This document shows, in pieces, positions 25,969 to 39,240 of a DNA stretch of 64,000 nucleotides. The translations under genes were made by a program, and so were the position numbers. The notes under the pieces are model-generated. The model was given only the letters and a program-made list of their open reading frames with translations, searched no databases and was not told the origin of the DNA. Within the stretch, counting starts at the first letter, position 1, and every line of letters begins with the position of its first letter. Where the stretch lies: NCBI GenBank assembly GCA_951406725.2, contig OX597814.1:12462001-12526000 (forward strand). Direction: 5' to 3'. The stretch comes from Octopus vulgaris. Its lineage: Eukaryota.

Positions 25969-27659
25969 ATATATGCATGTATGCGTACATACATATATAT
26001 GTAAATATATATATATGAATGAATAATTACATGTAGATGCTTATACACACACACACACATACACACACACATATATATATATAGGCCTGGCTGTGTGGTT
26101 AAGAAGCTCGCTTTTGAAACCATGTAAATATCAAAGGACTTCCACAGTAGCCCCAGCTTATGTGTCTGTGACTGTGTCTCTGTTTGTGTGTGAATATATA
26201 AGTATGTAAATACATCCATTTAGTAAGTTAATATATGTGCATGGAGTTAAATATATTATGTGTATGTAAATATTTTTCTGAGGGTTAATATTTTTACTTT
26301 TAAGTAAATATTTCTAATTCAGTTCTTGACGGATTTAAAAAGGATCAAATGAATTCAAACAGGCCACTGCTCCGCTACATTTGAAAATGTTATGAGAGGA
26401 AAATTTTGAGTAAAATATTTACAATAAGATGCCTGTGTTAAAATCTTAGGGTATAACGCATAAACGCACTACTCAGTGTAATTTCCTTCTTTATTATTTT
26501 TGTCTTAATTACGATTAGATTAAAGATTTCATTATGGGAAATACAATTTTGTAAATCTCATCAATGCTGCTGTAGGAGGAAAGGGCCTATTGCCTCAAAA
26601 TGTGGTCAAATTTGATGGCGACCACTAATAAATTTTTTAACAATGAAACCTTCATAAAAGTAGTTGAGAATATTTGTCGAACTCTAGCACTGTACTGGTT
26701 CAGTTTCGGTCTAGTTCCAGTTTCGCTTTATGCACCTACCCCATATATATACGTATAATGAGGGATGTTTTGAATTGAAGTGCTGCACTCGTTAAAAGTT
26801 TTCCGATCTCCCATTATTTTAAAAATAGGCATATTTAATTTTAAAAAATTCCCAGGAAGCAGGTTTAGGTGTAAAAACAACTTGTTTAGTGTAACTTAAG
26901 GTGGAAACATTTCTGGTTTTAGGTGCAAGTTTCGGCGCAAAAATATCATAATTATTCAAATCGAACGCTCCTTCCATTTAGGGATATATAAATACGTGAT
27001 GGATTGAAAATAAAAGTAAATGAAACCTGAAATGCAGAAAAAAAAAAAAAAAAGAAATTATGTTGATTTAGCGCGCTGAACCTAAAAGTATTTAAAGGTA
27101 GGTTATTGAAACAATACTAGTATATATTTCTGTCTGTTTTTGCTTTTGAACAGCATCTTTTAGATAATTTGTGAAGATAGCATCGCGGACAAGAAGACCT
27201 TATATAAATAAATAAGATATATGTAAAAGTGACTGCACTTGATAAATCATTCCGAAAAGTAAATAAAAGTATTTGGTTCCTCATTGACATTTTATATAAA
27301 TAACTTTTTGTCAATCTTTAAATATTTAATTTTTAGCTATAGTTTAAACTTTCTGAAAATAATTATTTATTAATTTTTATATGTTCTATAGTTTCGTTAC
27401 GATAATTATTTTTGTCTGTAAAAATTGTTGCATGTGAAAAGAGTAGACTGTTAAAACAAGGCGCAAGAGTGACAATGTTCTTGATTGTACATGAGAAAGT
27501 ACACTTTCTATTAAGGTCTTACCTCGTTCGTATTACACATGATGCTAGATTATAATACTAGTCAATAGAGTTCCATTATTGACTCCCAACTTTCGGATAA
27601 TATTTAGAAAAATTCATGTGTACTTTTACAATCATGAACATTGTTCTTCATTGGAGCGA

Positions 27660-28540
27660 ATAGGGGAAACCGGAAAGCCAAAGATTAAGACTGTACAGTG
27701 GCTAGGGAGCCACTGACCAACCGATTTAGCTGATTGCATGCTTTGTTGTGGAAAATGTATATAGTCAGACGTAGCAACGTTGAATACAGAATCGTGTTCA
27801 AGTTCTTGTGCGTCTCTTCTTCCGAACGGTTTCTTAGACCTTTTTTCGCATCTTAATGTTTGATGTACCACCATTTCTAGAAAATGGTTGTTTGATGTAC
27901 CATCATTTCCAGAAAAATCAACGCGAATGTCTCCTTGTCATTCTCCCAAAAGAGTCAGCTTAATTTTCTGTGCCAGTCACCGGTTCTTGAAAATGTTACG
28001 CTTTGAGGACGAGGTGTGAAACCATTTCATAAAATCTTTAAAATGTACCCAAGTTTCATCCCCCATTTCTAGGTCGATAAAATGGGATTTTTTTGATCTA
28101 GGAAGCATGTTTCCTTTGGCTTCAAACTCTTTAAGCAGATCCAGCAGATCGAACACGCTTCCAAAAATGTCTTCTTGAAATCAGGTTTCAACTTCTGAGG
28201 TTCTTAGTTCGCATTTACTTTCCGATGTCCAACATCTTTCAGAATTTTCAGTTATGCATTGGGATTATAATCCAGTTGTGCAGCACGCTCATGAAATGAG
28301 GCTTATCTGTCCGTGCGAAAAAATTTGTCCATTCAATAGCGATGGTCTTCCAAGTAGAGGATTTTTGGTCAAAGCTGGTTCCAGCTTCTGTGCATAGTGC
28401 TCTTATCTATGCTATCATTTTTTCAAAGCCCTGTTGCCTTCTTAGGATGTCGGACTTCCTGAACTCTGCATCCATCAAAAACACAATGCGGTGAGTTACG
28501 TCTGTTTGAAACACACTAGTATCCTGCAAACATCGCAATG
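27660..28540 (-). mobile_element. Highly degenerate mariner transposase relic
   Basis: Minus-strand GDETWVHF (mariner TGDETW), VGHRKV..PQKL (like LGYRKV..WVPR), W.H.SS..K.FK, and a GWSVAP*PLYS remnant of HPPYSPDL. Confidence 0.7.
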
Positions 28541-28995
28541 AGTGAGTTGATGACTTTACATGAAATGAATGAAGCAGAATGCAAAACACCATGGTCAATA
28601 TCAAATGAAGAAAGCATAGCGGACAGGGTAATGCACTGGAATTGCCAATAGTACATCAATTTAAAATTGCAAGAAAATATATGAAGTAAAGTAAAGATAA
28701 GATCTTCTTATGTCTCAAGCTTCAATTATTTAAAACTATTTCAAAACTTGTACATATCACAGAAATCTAGGAAAATTCAACGATGCATATATATCTACCT
28801 TGGAATATAAAGCAATTTAGTCTAATATAATTACCTATAAACAGCATAACAAAATAGTTTTCTATAGGTTAAATCGTTACAGTTTAACAAAAGGTTTTCC
28901 CTTATATTCGTCCCCCTGGCAATACCAAATATTTTTGTGAGGATGTTTATATAAATACACATATGCATACATACATAAATAAAAACATAGACACG

Positions 28996-29330
<335 letters not shown>

Positions 29331-29757
29331 TATTTATAATCTTGGAAAAGGGAGTGAGCAAGTCCTTTTATTTTATTGATTGAAAATTGTTTCCCCTAAA
29401 ATCGATATCATGTGCATTAGTATATCGTTATGCAATAACTAATGCAGCCATTGTTTCATGAGGTGTTCTAGACACAAAATTAAAGAAGAAATAAACGGAA
29501 TTGCTCCCTCTATTCTTCTTTGTTTTAATTGTAGAAACTCTGTTATTTTGATGTGAATTTTTAGGTAGATATCTTATATAACTAAGGATCTCTGGATTAC
29601 CATGTGTCCGATATCCTGTATCTGTGGTTGAGCTTTATAGGTTGAACACCACGATTAACTGCCAAATGAAATTACCCTCTCTGTATATACACGTATATGC
29701 ACAGACATATATATATATATATGTGTGTGCGTGTGTGTGTGTGTGTGTGTGCGTGTG

Positions 29758-29840
<83 letters not shown>

Positions 29841-29868
29841 ATAGATAAATAGATAGACAGACAGGCAG

Positions 29869-29953
<85 letters not shown>

Positions 29954-29958
29954 GAGAG

Positions 29959-30021
<63 letters not shown>

Positions 30022-30023
<2 letters not shown>

Positions 30024-30187
30024 TAAGGTCGTTATCAATTCATATATGATCGGGGCATATTCGAACCTGTAAGAAAGTCATTCCTGTGTTTTTTAATGGC
30101 AGAAACTTCCCCGACAAAATACAATGAATGACTTTCTGATGGCTTCGAATATGACTCAAACATATTTGAACTAGTAATAGCCTCGTA
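30022..30187. mobile_element. ~165-bp fold-back MITE, Tc1/mariner-type ends, in microsatellite
   Basis: Arms AGG..TTCA.ATATG..CATATTCGAA..AGAAAGTCATTC inverted; right end CCTCGTA (TACGAGG type) with TA flanks. Confidence 0.65.
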
Positions 30188-30215
30188 TATATATATATAT
30201 ATATATATGTTTATA

Positions 30216-30281
<66 letters not shown>

Positions 30282-31317
30282 CACTTAACGCTACGACTCC
30301 ATACACACACACACATATATAATCTTCAGAAAGAAATTTGTAAAAAATATATATACATTAATCATACCACTCATGATAATCACACCCCTTTTGTAGCACT
30401 CGTAATCGCAAGCTTGTTTCTAATTAAAGAAACGGCTTTGGTCAATAAACGCACAAATTTCTTTAATTAGTTTAACAGATAAATCGAATAAGCAACAACA
30501 CAGTCCCTCCTATAAACTCTTCAGTCTTGTCAAAAATAAAATACAAAACACTTTTGCAAAGATAAGTTATCCATGGATATTAATACCTATTACAATACGA
30601 TACACTCACAAACATTTCCGCAAAATAGATATCTCTTTTTAGCGAAGCAGACTTGACCAGAGATAAAACGACAAATCTTTATAGCTAAAATTAGTTTGAT
30701 AGATGAATTCGGTGAACAACATCGCATGCATACAATAAACAAAATAACAAAATATTTTACCATTAATCTGATGTTACCGCAAAACAAAATGTAAACATCT
30801 AAAGACTCCTATCATTAACAAAAGACAAACAAGCACATGTAATCAAGTCTTGAAACCTTACAAACCTGACAAAATCGAAATGTGAAATACACACCCCTAT
30901 TTACGAAACTCAATTCCAAACGCACACCTGTTTCTAATAAAATTACATAAGTGAGTATGGAAACAGACAAACTTAATTAGAGCAACCGTTAAATCGAACA
31001 CGTAACCGACTAAAAAACTTTATAAAAACAGCTGAAAACGAGCCCCTAATACAAATTGAACGAAAGTATGCATTAGGCCACAAATTTAATCAAGAAAAAC
31101 AAAAAATTTCAACCAAGCGACAGATGCAAAAATTGCAATCAATCAACAAATGCAAAAATTGCAACAAGTCAACGGATGCAGAAATTATATGACAACCAAT
31201 GAGTAAATACAAACAACAGTAACGGAAATACACAAATCAAATTATAGAAGCACACGTTTGAATGTTGATGTGGCTTGAAACTCGCGTCGAATAATAACCT
31301 TTCAGCTTCAATACGTA

Positions 31318-31930
31318 AAGGCAGCGAGCTGGCAGAAACGTTGGACAGCCTGGCGAAATGCTTAACGGTATTTCGTCTGACGTTACGTTCTGAGTTCAAA
31401 TTCCGCCGAGGTCGACTTTGCCTTTCATCCTTTCGGGGTCGATAAATTAATTACCAGTTACGCACTGGGGTCGATATAATCGACGTAATCCATTTGTCTG
31501 TCCTTGTTTGTCCATTCTGTGTTTGGCCCTTTGTGGGTAGTAAAGAAATAGAAATAGGTATTTCGTCTGACGTTACGTTCTGAGTTCAAATTCCGCCGAG
31601 GACAACTTTACCTTTCATCCTTTCGGGATCGATAAATTAAGTACCAGTTTCGCACTGGGGGTCGAACCAATCAACTGGCTCCCTCCCCCAAAATTTCGGA
31701 CCTTGTGCCTAGAGTAGAAAAGTAGAAAAGAATCATTAACACGCCGGGCAAAATGCTTAGCGGCATTTCGTCCATCTTTATGTCGTGTGTTCACATTACT
31801 CCAAGGTCGACTTAGCCTTTCTTCTTTTCAGGGTGACTAAAATAAGTACCAGTTGAATACTGGTAGTCGATGTAACCGACTTACACCATTCATTGAAATT
31901 GCTGGCCTTTTGTCAAAATGTGAAATCACT
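31318..31930 (+). mobile_element. Multimeric SINE family C cluster (head + body, repeated body, then a third copy)
   Basis: GGTATTTCGTCTGACGTTACGTTCTGAGTTCAAATTCCGCCGAGG repeated at ~31367 and ~31557; third copy from ~31728. Confidence 0.88.
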
Positions 31931-31986
31931 ATATACGTATGTACCTATATGTTTACATATATCTGTAGCACATTCCGATAAGGTAG

Positions 31987-33479
31987 TTATCTGCCCCTGA
32001 TTTGGACTCTCCCGTATGACATGTACGCATACTCAGTGACTTGCTTTTACTTCTGTGGACTACCGACTCACAGGCTGTGTGATGTATCCGAAGAAATCGC
32101 GCAAATAGTTTTGTATATGTAGTAATTATAGAGGAAGGAATGTAGACGGCAAAGTTATTTCACTTCGTAAATACCTGCAAACGTCGCTGTTCGTTGTATT
32201 TGGCTTCAGAGATCGGGATTTGTGAGGGAAGACTTTGTTTACACTCCAAATACTCAGATTTGCTCCCAGCACTTTGTCAATTCTAATGGACCATCGACAG
32301 ATCACCTCTTGCCATCCGTTTTACCAAACAAAGTATTTAAAACATTGGTAAGTGCATGATCATATACGCAGTACTTACACCTTGGAAAGTAAGATGGTGG
32401 ATCGTGAAACACAGGCAAATGCACTTGTGCTTGCATAGGAAGATGTGAACAATGATAGGTAGAAGCTTCTCTTTTACACGGGAATACCAGATTCCATGAC
32501 TTTCATTGTCTTTTTGATGAAATTAAAGATGATGCAGCTAGTGAAACTGCCAGATATATTGCATCAACAGAGCAAGGGACACCTAGACAGCTTCAATTAA
32601 TTCATGATTTCAACTTGGGCTACTATTAAAGGATTTAGCATATCGCTTCTGCATAAGCACAACAATATGCGGCATAATATTTAATAAGTGGATTGATTAC
32701 TTAGTTGTCCAGTTATCATTTCTGGTAATATGGCCATCAAGAAAAGTAGTGAATGACCATATGCCACCATCATTCCATGCAAAGTATCCAACTTGTCGAG
32801 TTATAGTTGATTGTACAGAAATACGAACTGAGATTCCTTCTTCCCTACAAAGCAAATGATTGATGTACAGTGATTATAAAACACATATGGCATACAAGTG
32901 CTTAATATGTATTAGTGAAGCTGGTGCTGTAACTTTTGTATTGGAATTATGGGCAAGGAGTGTAAGTGATAAAGTTATTACACAGAAAAGTCATTTATTG
33001 GATCTCTGCGACAGTAGCGATTCCATGATGGCAGACAAAGGATTTCTTGTCTCTGATCTCACAACACCAGTTGATCATACTCCCGTTTAAAAACAAGAAA
33101 AGGCAACTATCCAAAAGGGAAGTATCGGAAACATGGACTATTGCAAACCATCGGAATCATGTTGAGCGTCTGATGGAAAGAATTAAGAACTTCAATATTT
33201 TGAAAACCGTCATGTTTATTTATGTCTCACCAAGTATCAAAAAGCTGGAAATTATGTGCTAGACTGACTAATTTACAGTCACGACTTTGTAACACATAAC
33301 TGTTATGGTTGTAAATCAATTATCTCGAATATAAAGCCCACCTCTCCTTATATTTAGAGAAATTTCAACAAAACTTTTTCGATGACATGACGTAACACAC
33401 AACAACAGTGACGTGGGTAGTCCGCGGAAGTTAAATTGTCTGCATGGTGCATGGAGCGCCTCCTAGCCAAGGGAGATAA
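31987..33479 (+). mobile_element. Degenerate PIF/Harbinger (ISL2EU-like) DNA transposon: THAP domain + DDE_Tnp_4 transposase, imperfect TIRs
   Basis: THAP-like W..R.DF..TPNTQICSQHF..LPSV (~32110-32330); WPSRKVV..RVIVDCTEI..YSDYK..SDK..MADKGF..RNHVER..RIKNF; ends TTATCTGCCCCTG / CAAGGGAGATAA with subterminal ACTTCYGYGGACTACC inverted. Confidence 0.85.
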
Positions 33480-33490
33480 TGTACTTATCG

Positions 33491-33530
<40 letters not shown>

Positions 33531-33534
<4 letters not shown>

Positions 33535-34559
33535 AGTCACGGCTTGTTGAACATGTCAAGGGACCTATATTTTGAGCCTGGCCAAAGCAGTAATTTTTTA
33601 GCTATTTTTAGAAATCTTGTAAACAACATTTCCCAGGGATTTTTACATTTCAATTATCATCATCATCATTATCATCTCTTTTATTATTATTGTCAACAAC
33701 ATAGGATGTTCAGTTAAGAGGTTTGTTATTGTTGGTGGTGGTAGGTGTAGCTATGGTAATAGAACTTTAACCCCCCAAATAAGATTATTTTTACTAACTT
33801 TTATTTTGACTTAGCTAGTAATTTCCTGCTATCGTCATCATGAGCACCTTTCGTATTGTTGTTGTTGTTAGTGGTAGTGGTCGTAGCAGAAGAAATAGTA
33901 TCGCTAAGTATTTGTATTATTGTTTTGATTAGCTTGAGTTGGAATTTATTAATAAAGTTCTTTTCTCTGATTTTTCTCTCAATTTCACTTGGACTGTATA
34001 GTTTCTGGAATGAAAATATATTTTCCGGCCGCTTGTTGCTAGATGGTTACTCAAAGGTAACTGACAGACATCTTGGTCTCTAATTTGCTGTCGGTGCACA
34101 CGTGAACGTTCAGATTTCCAGTCTGACCTATATATAGTTCTTCACAATTCTGGCATTTGATGCAGTATATTAAATTTCTGCTTTTGCAATTCATTTTTGC
34201 GTTAGTGAATATTTTTGTGTTCATATATTGGCTAGTAGGTATGAACTGGCATGTGCAACATCGGCTATCATTGCTTTAAGATACAGTGAATGATTGGTCT
34301 TTGTTGCAAAGATCAAACTTTGCTTTTGCTATTAATTTTCTCAAGTTTTTAGGCCGTCTTCTACTAAGAGCTCGATCTATGATTATATCTTTTAATTCAT
34401 TACTTTAAGCAATGATTGGTAGGTTTATTTTTGGGTTTAAAGTTCTATTACCACATCTATTACCACCAATATTTCTAAAAATAGCTCAAGAATTACTGCT
34501 TTGGCCAGAGTCAAAATACAGGTCTCTGGACATGTTCAACAAACCGTGACGTGACGCCT
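33531..34559. mobile_element. Non-autonomous DNA transposon with ~85-bp TIRs
   Basis: GTCACGGCTTGTTGAACATGTC..TGGCCAAAGCAGTAATT..TAGAAAT (33536-33615) inverted at ~34472-34550; no ORF. Confidence 0.82.
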
Positions 34560-34882
34560 AAACCAAACACCAATCAACTTAAGTAATTTAGTAAAATCAC
34601 ACACTGATTGGTCAAAATACAGTTTTCAAAAGTTAACATTCTGGAGCTTATACAAATGCATTTAAGGCACACGGTTTAGCTAACCCACTACTACCACATG
34701 AAACTTAAGATGCTATAGTTTAATGCATGAAAGTACTAGTTCAATCAGAATGGATATTTCATATTCTATCATTTCATTATACTATATCTTATATTATATT
34801 ATTATAAAACTAAATAAAACGTGAAAGCTGGGATTTCTTTGAGTAATATATTCTTCTATACACAATCATACACATCCGTGTA

Positions 34883-34976
<94 letters not shown>

Positions 34977-34977
34977 A

Positions 34978-35175
34978 TTACCTCATTTCCATAGAACATT
35001 ATGCCCTCTTTGTCTCAAATCGTATACCTCGCCCACTTCTCTTAACTTCATTGCGCCCGCTATTTCTCTTTCTTCTGACGAAAGACTACTTCTTGAAACG
35101 TTGGGACTTTATCATTCTTCTTCTGAAGCATTACACACCATACCTATCAAACTTTGTTTTATCCTGTACACATTT
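34978..35175 (+). mobile_element. ~200-bp hammerhead-bearing element next to (TATC)n
   Basis: Homologous to 44970-44992 + 45371-45550; follows (TATC)n 34882-34976. Confidence 0.75.
35071..35106 (+). ncRNA. Minimal hammerhead ribozyme (Penelope type)
   Basis: tctt-CTGACGA-aaga ctact tctt-GAAA-cg-TT-ggga; AACGTT palindrome replaces stem III. Confidence 0.65.
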
Positions 35176-35429
35176 ATTTAATGTTTATTGTCTTTACTCT
35201 CTCTCTTTATATGTATATATACATATACATACATATATATATATATATATAATAATAAATATTAGGGAATAAATCCAAATTTACAGGGAAAAAATCAGAT
35301 TTAGGATTAAATCCAATTTTATAGTAAAATATTATATAATATTATTAGAGACAAAACCACTATTTTGCAAAACAAACAAGGAAAGACTTAATCAATACAT
35401 AAAATTTTAATAAAAAGTCAAAAAAACCG

Positions 35430-35472
35430 CCACTACAATTGTTTCTTGTCTTGATCGACAATCTTCAGGTGG
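35430..35472 (-). ncRNA. Minimal type-I hammerhead ribozyme
   Basis: Minus strand: ccac-CTGAAGA-ttgtc gatcaa gacaa-GAAA-caattg-TA-gtgg. Confidence 0.82.
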
Positions 35473-35532
35473 ACTTCCAATAAGTCAGTTTCAAATTATG
35501 AAGTCATAATTTGAAACTGACTTATTGGAAGT

Positions 35533-35574
35533 CCACCTGAAGATTGTCGATCAAGACAGAAACAATTGTAGTGG
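35533..35574 (+). ncRNA. Minimal type-I hammerhead ribozyme (inverted copy, 1-nt deletion in stem II)
   Basis: ccac-CTGAAGA-ttgtc gatcaa gaca-GAAA-caattg-TA-gtgg. Confidence 0.72.
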
Positions 35575-35660
35575 CGGTTTTTTTGACTTTTTATTAAAAT
35601 TTTATGTATTGATTAAGTCTTTCCTTGTTTGTTTTGCAAAATAGTGGTTTTGTCTCAAAC

Positions 35661-35762
<102 letters not shown>

Positions 35763-35965
35763 TTATGTATGTACGTACGTGTGTGTGTATGTACCTGAAT
35801 GTACGTGTTCGTGTGTATATTAGATAATCAGTAACCCTAAAGTTTGCTAATTTTTCTTCTAGCAAATTTCCTTTGAATTCCTATATATTAAAATCAATAT
35901 TTACAAAGTATGCTGCAAAAACATTATCACTTCCAAACATATAGTGTTCTTGCGCAGTTGTTAAT

Positions 35966-36197
35966 ACCTATTTCTTTATTACCCACAAGGGGCTAAACAT
36001 AGAGGGGACAAACAAGGACAGACATAGGTATTAAGTCGATTACATCGACCCCAGTGCGTAACTGGTACTTAATTTATCGACACCGAAAGGATGAAAGGCA
36101 AAGTCGACCTCGGCGGAATTTGAACTCACAACGTAACGGCAGACGAAATACCGCTAAGCATTTCGCCCGACGTGCTAACGTTTCTGCCAGCTCGCCG
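35966..36197 (-). mobile_element. SINE family C
   Basis: Reverse complement of the 31318-31550 type. Confidence 0.9.
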
Positions 36198-36490
36198 TTG
36201 TTAATACCACACTGTGGTTGTATCGGTGATGATTATTGCAGGCGGTACTGCTGGTGATCTCGTCTCGTGGCACTGTTTTTCTTTTTCTTCTCGTTGGTTT
36301 CCTTTTACTCGTTGATGTTCCTTCCCAGGCCAAGGTATAAACGAGCACTATGAGTAATGTAATTCATTCTAGCCGTAACCCTGCAATCTCATTTTCGGTC
36401 TTATTGCATTAATGTTTCTAGGACTTACTTTATTGAGAAGGATGAAGGCCAAGTTGATCTCTGTGGGATTTCAACTCAAAACATACACTA

Positions 36491-36910
36491 CGCAGGAGTG
36501 GCTGTGTGGTAAGTAGCTTGCTAACCAACCACATGGTTCCGGGTTCCGGGTTCAGCCTCACTGCGTGGCATCTTGGGCAAGTGACTTCTGCTATAGCCCC
36601 GGGCCGACCAATGCCTTGTGAGTGAATTTGGTAGACGGAAACTGAAAGAAGCCTATCGTATATATGTATATATATATATATATGTATGTATGTGTGTGTG
36701 TGTTTGTGTGTCTGTGTTTGTCCCCCTAGCATTGCTTGACAACCGATGCTGGTGTGTTTACGTCCCCGCCACTTAGCGGTTCGGCAAAAGAGACCGATAG
36801 ACTAAGTACTGGGCTTATACAAAGAATAAGTCCCGGGGTCGATTTGCTCGACTAAAGGCGGTGCTCCAGCATGGCCGCAGTCAAATGACTGAAACAAGTA
36901 AAAGAGAGTA
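36491..36910 (+). mobile_element. SINE family A
   Basis: Near-identical to 6009-6426; small GGGTTCC duplication. Confidence 0.92.
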
Positions 36911-37140
36911 CTAAAATACATATCGATCTAAAGATACTTCCAATCCAACACATTGTGTAACTGTTTCTTGTCATATTCGTTGCAGTAAGGGAAGTATTTT
37001 TTATGACAGATTCATTTATCACCACTTTAATACCTGTATATCTAGCAATTCTTCTCATTCTCTACACATATTCTTGACTCATCGTCTTAAAGTATTTGTG
37101 AATAATGAGTTTATTGATTCTGCTACTTTGCGTTTAAATG

Positions 37141-37294
37141 GAGTGGCTGTGTGGTAAGTAGCTTGCTAACCAACCACATGGTTCCAGGTTCAGTCCCACT
37201 GTGTGGCATCTTGGGCAAGTGTCTTCTGCTATAGCCCCGGGCCGACCAATGCCTTGAGTGGATTTGGCAGACGGAAATTGAAAGAAGCCTGTCG

Positions 37295-37329
<35 letters not shown>

Positions 37330-37544
37330 ATGTGTGTGTTTGTGTGTCTGTGTTTGTCCCCCTAGCATTGCTTGACAACCGATGCTGGTGTGTATACGTC
37401 CCCGTCACTTAGCGGTTCGGCAAAAGAGACCGATAGAATAAGTACTGGGCTTACAAAGAATAAGTCCCGGGGTCGATTTGCTCGACTAAAGGCGGTGCTC
37501 CAGCATGGCCACAGTCAAATGACTGAAACAAGTAAAGGAGTAAA
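37141..37544 (+). mobile_element. SINE family A
   Basis: Near-identical to other copies. Confidence 0.92.
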
Positions 37545-37779
37545 TGCTTTGGCTTGCTTGTCTGGACAGTGAATATGTGTATGAGAGACAGAGAAATATA
37601 GGTGGTGGGAAAGAGCATGGGACAAAAAGAGAAACAGAGAGTGATAATACTTTCAGGATGGTGTTGAAGAAAATACTCGATGGCTTTGAGAGTTGAGGAT
37701 CTTTTCGGTCGCTGTTACAGTATTCGTTTTCTTTCTTTTTTTTTTCAATTTTGTTCCAGTTGTTTTCAAATTTGGCATA

Positions 37780-37945
37780 TCGATATAATTCTGATATAGC
37801 ACTACGTAAAGAAAAACTTCTCTGATCTCGCGACACTCTCCTCCGAAAACCCACTGCTCATGTAGCACCCTTACTCGGTTGTATTTACGCCTTCAGAAGA
37901 CTGTTTCATCTATCTCAAAGATCTTTCCTGGACCCCTTATCTGAA
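37780..37945 (-). mobile_element. Merlin (ISXO2/IS1595-like) transposase fragment
   Basis: IRGPGKIFEIDETVF*RRKYNRVRVLHEQWVFGGECRE. Confidence 0.8.
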
Positions 37946-37988
37946 AATTCTGAAAATGAAATTAATTTTTTCTATAAATTAATAAACA

Positions 37989-38057
37989 AAAAGTTAATAA
38001 CTTTTAATTTTAAAAGTTAATAACTTTTAATTTTAAAAGTTAATAACTTTTAAATTT
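37989..38057. repeat. 3 x 23-bp tandem repeat, each unit palindromic (AAAAGTTA-A-TAACTTTT)
   Basis: AAAAGTTAATAACTTTTAATTTT repeated. Confidence 0.9.
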
Positions 38058-38399
38058 GCAAATTTTGGGTAATTTTACCAACTGAGACCCATCGTTGTAC
38101 GCATGACCGTAAATCTCACACTGGTCTCTGTTTCCATAGTAACAAGCAAAGCTGTTGTCTGCCCTGTTTTCATTGTAACAAGGATGCTGTACTTATCGAG
38201 ACTGTGACACTTTCATCTCTGCAACCACCATCACTATTTTTGACGAACGTTATCACTTTGTACCTGTGTACTTTTGGATCTTAAACTTCTGCACCTCATT
38301 ATCATCATTTTGACCTGTATTTTCCTGGACATTTTCTACAACATGTCAATTCTACATCTAGATATAGTATGACCACAGCAAAATCATTTAACCTTTCGT

Positions 38400-39240
38400 G
38401 TATGATGGAGGAATTTGAATACCGTAGAGGATGCTGTTTCTTACTTTCAAGAGAAGGGTGCTATGTCTAAAAATCATGTTCTGTAAAGTGAGACATTATA
38501 TGAAAAAAAAAAAAGATGCAACGCAGGAAAGATACTGATGCTCCCGAAAATGATGCAACGCGTGTGTGTCACTCTGAAGAAGTTCATGGTTGGAAGGTGG
38601 CGCCTTTCTTCTTAGTACTGTACTTCCTTTCTCATATTCCTGGGTCAAGGAATTAACTTCAGTCCGTTTTTCTGTTGAAGTACTGGCTATGGATCAAAGC
38701 ACGGTTGTTGATTACAACAGGTATGCTCGGGAGAAATGTGCGGAGGATATGCACTATAGCCCAGGTCAGATAGATGGTGTCGGCAGCAAAGGTGAGATAG
38801 ACGAAACAGTCTCCTCGAGGCGTAAATACAACCGAGGAAGGGTGCAACATGATCAGTGGGTTTTCGGAGTTGTGTGTCACGAGATCAGAGACGTTTTCTT
38901 TACGCGGTGCCATATCGGAATCGCGACACGTTACAGGAGTGCAAACGACAGTCGACTCTTCCAGGAACAACAGTTTTTAGTGACTTGTGGCGACCTACTC
39001 TCACATTCTGGAGGTTAATGGATATAATTTTCTACAAAGAACGGGAACCACAGAGTCCAGTTTATCAACCCGAAAGATGGGATCCAACGCAACAGGTTGA
39101 AAGTACACGGGACTGTCTAAAATGACTGTCTAAAACGACGCTGTGAGACCCACTGTTATATAGTAGACTCATATCTTTGCGAATTTATGTGGCAGAGGAG
39201 GTAACAAAATTGTGATTTGTTCAAAAGCTACTAGAGTGTA
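38400..39240 (+). mobile_element. Degenerate Merlin (DDE_Tnp_IS1595/ISXO2) transposase
   Basis: GEIDET..RRKYNRGR..QWVFG; VP.RNRDTL..LPGTTVFSDLWR; TQQVES; DSYLCEFMW.R. Confidence 0.88.

Larger units (their letters stand above)
35255..35656 (-). mobile_element. (TA)n-embedded hammerhead element with near-perfect 154-bp fold-back (35348-35501 / 35504-35656)
   Basis: Arms differ by one base; each arm carries a hammerhead; TA tracts on both sides. Confidence 0.85.

Noticed and set aside
30440-30535. Minus-strand CTGAAGA...GAAA
   Set aside because: Stem II does not abut GAAA and stems I/III are poor; cannot support a hammerhead
30550-31100. Possible highly decayed Penelope endonuclease on + strand (ETDK..IEH-like)
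   Set aside because: Too many stops and only vague motif similarity
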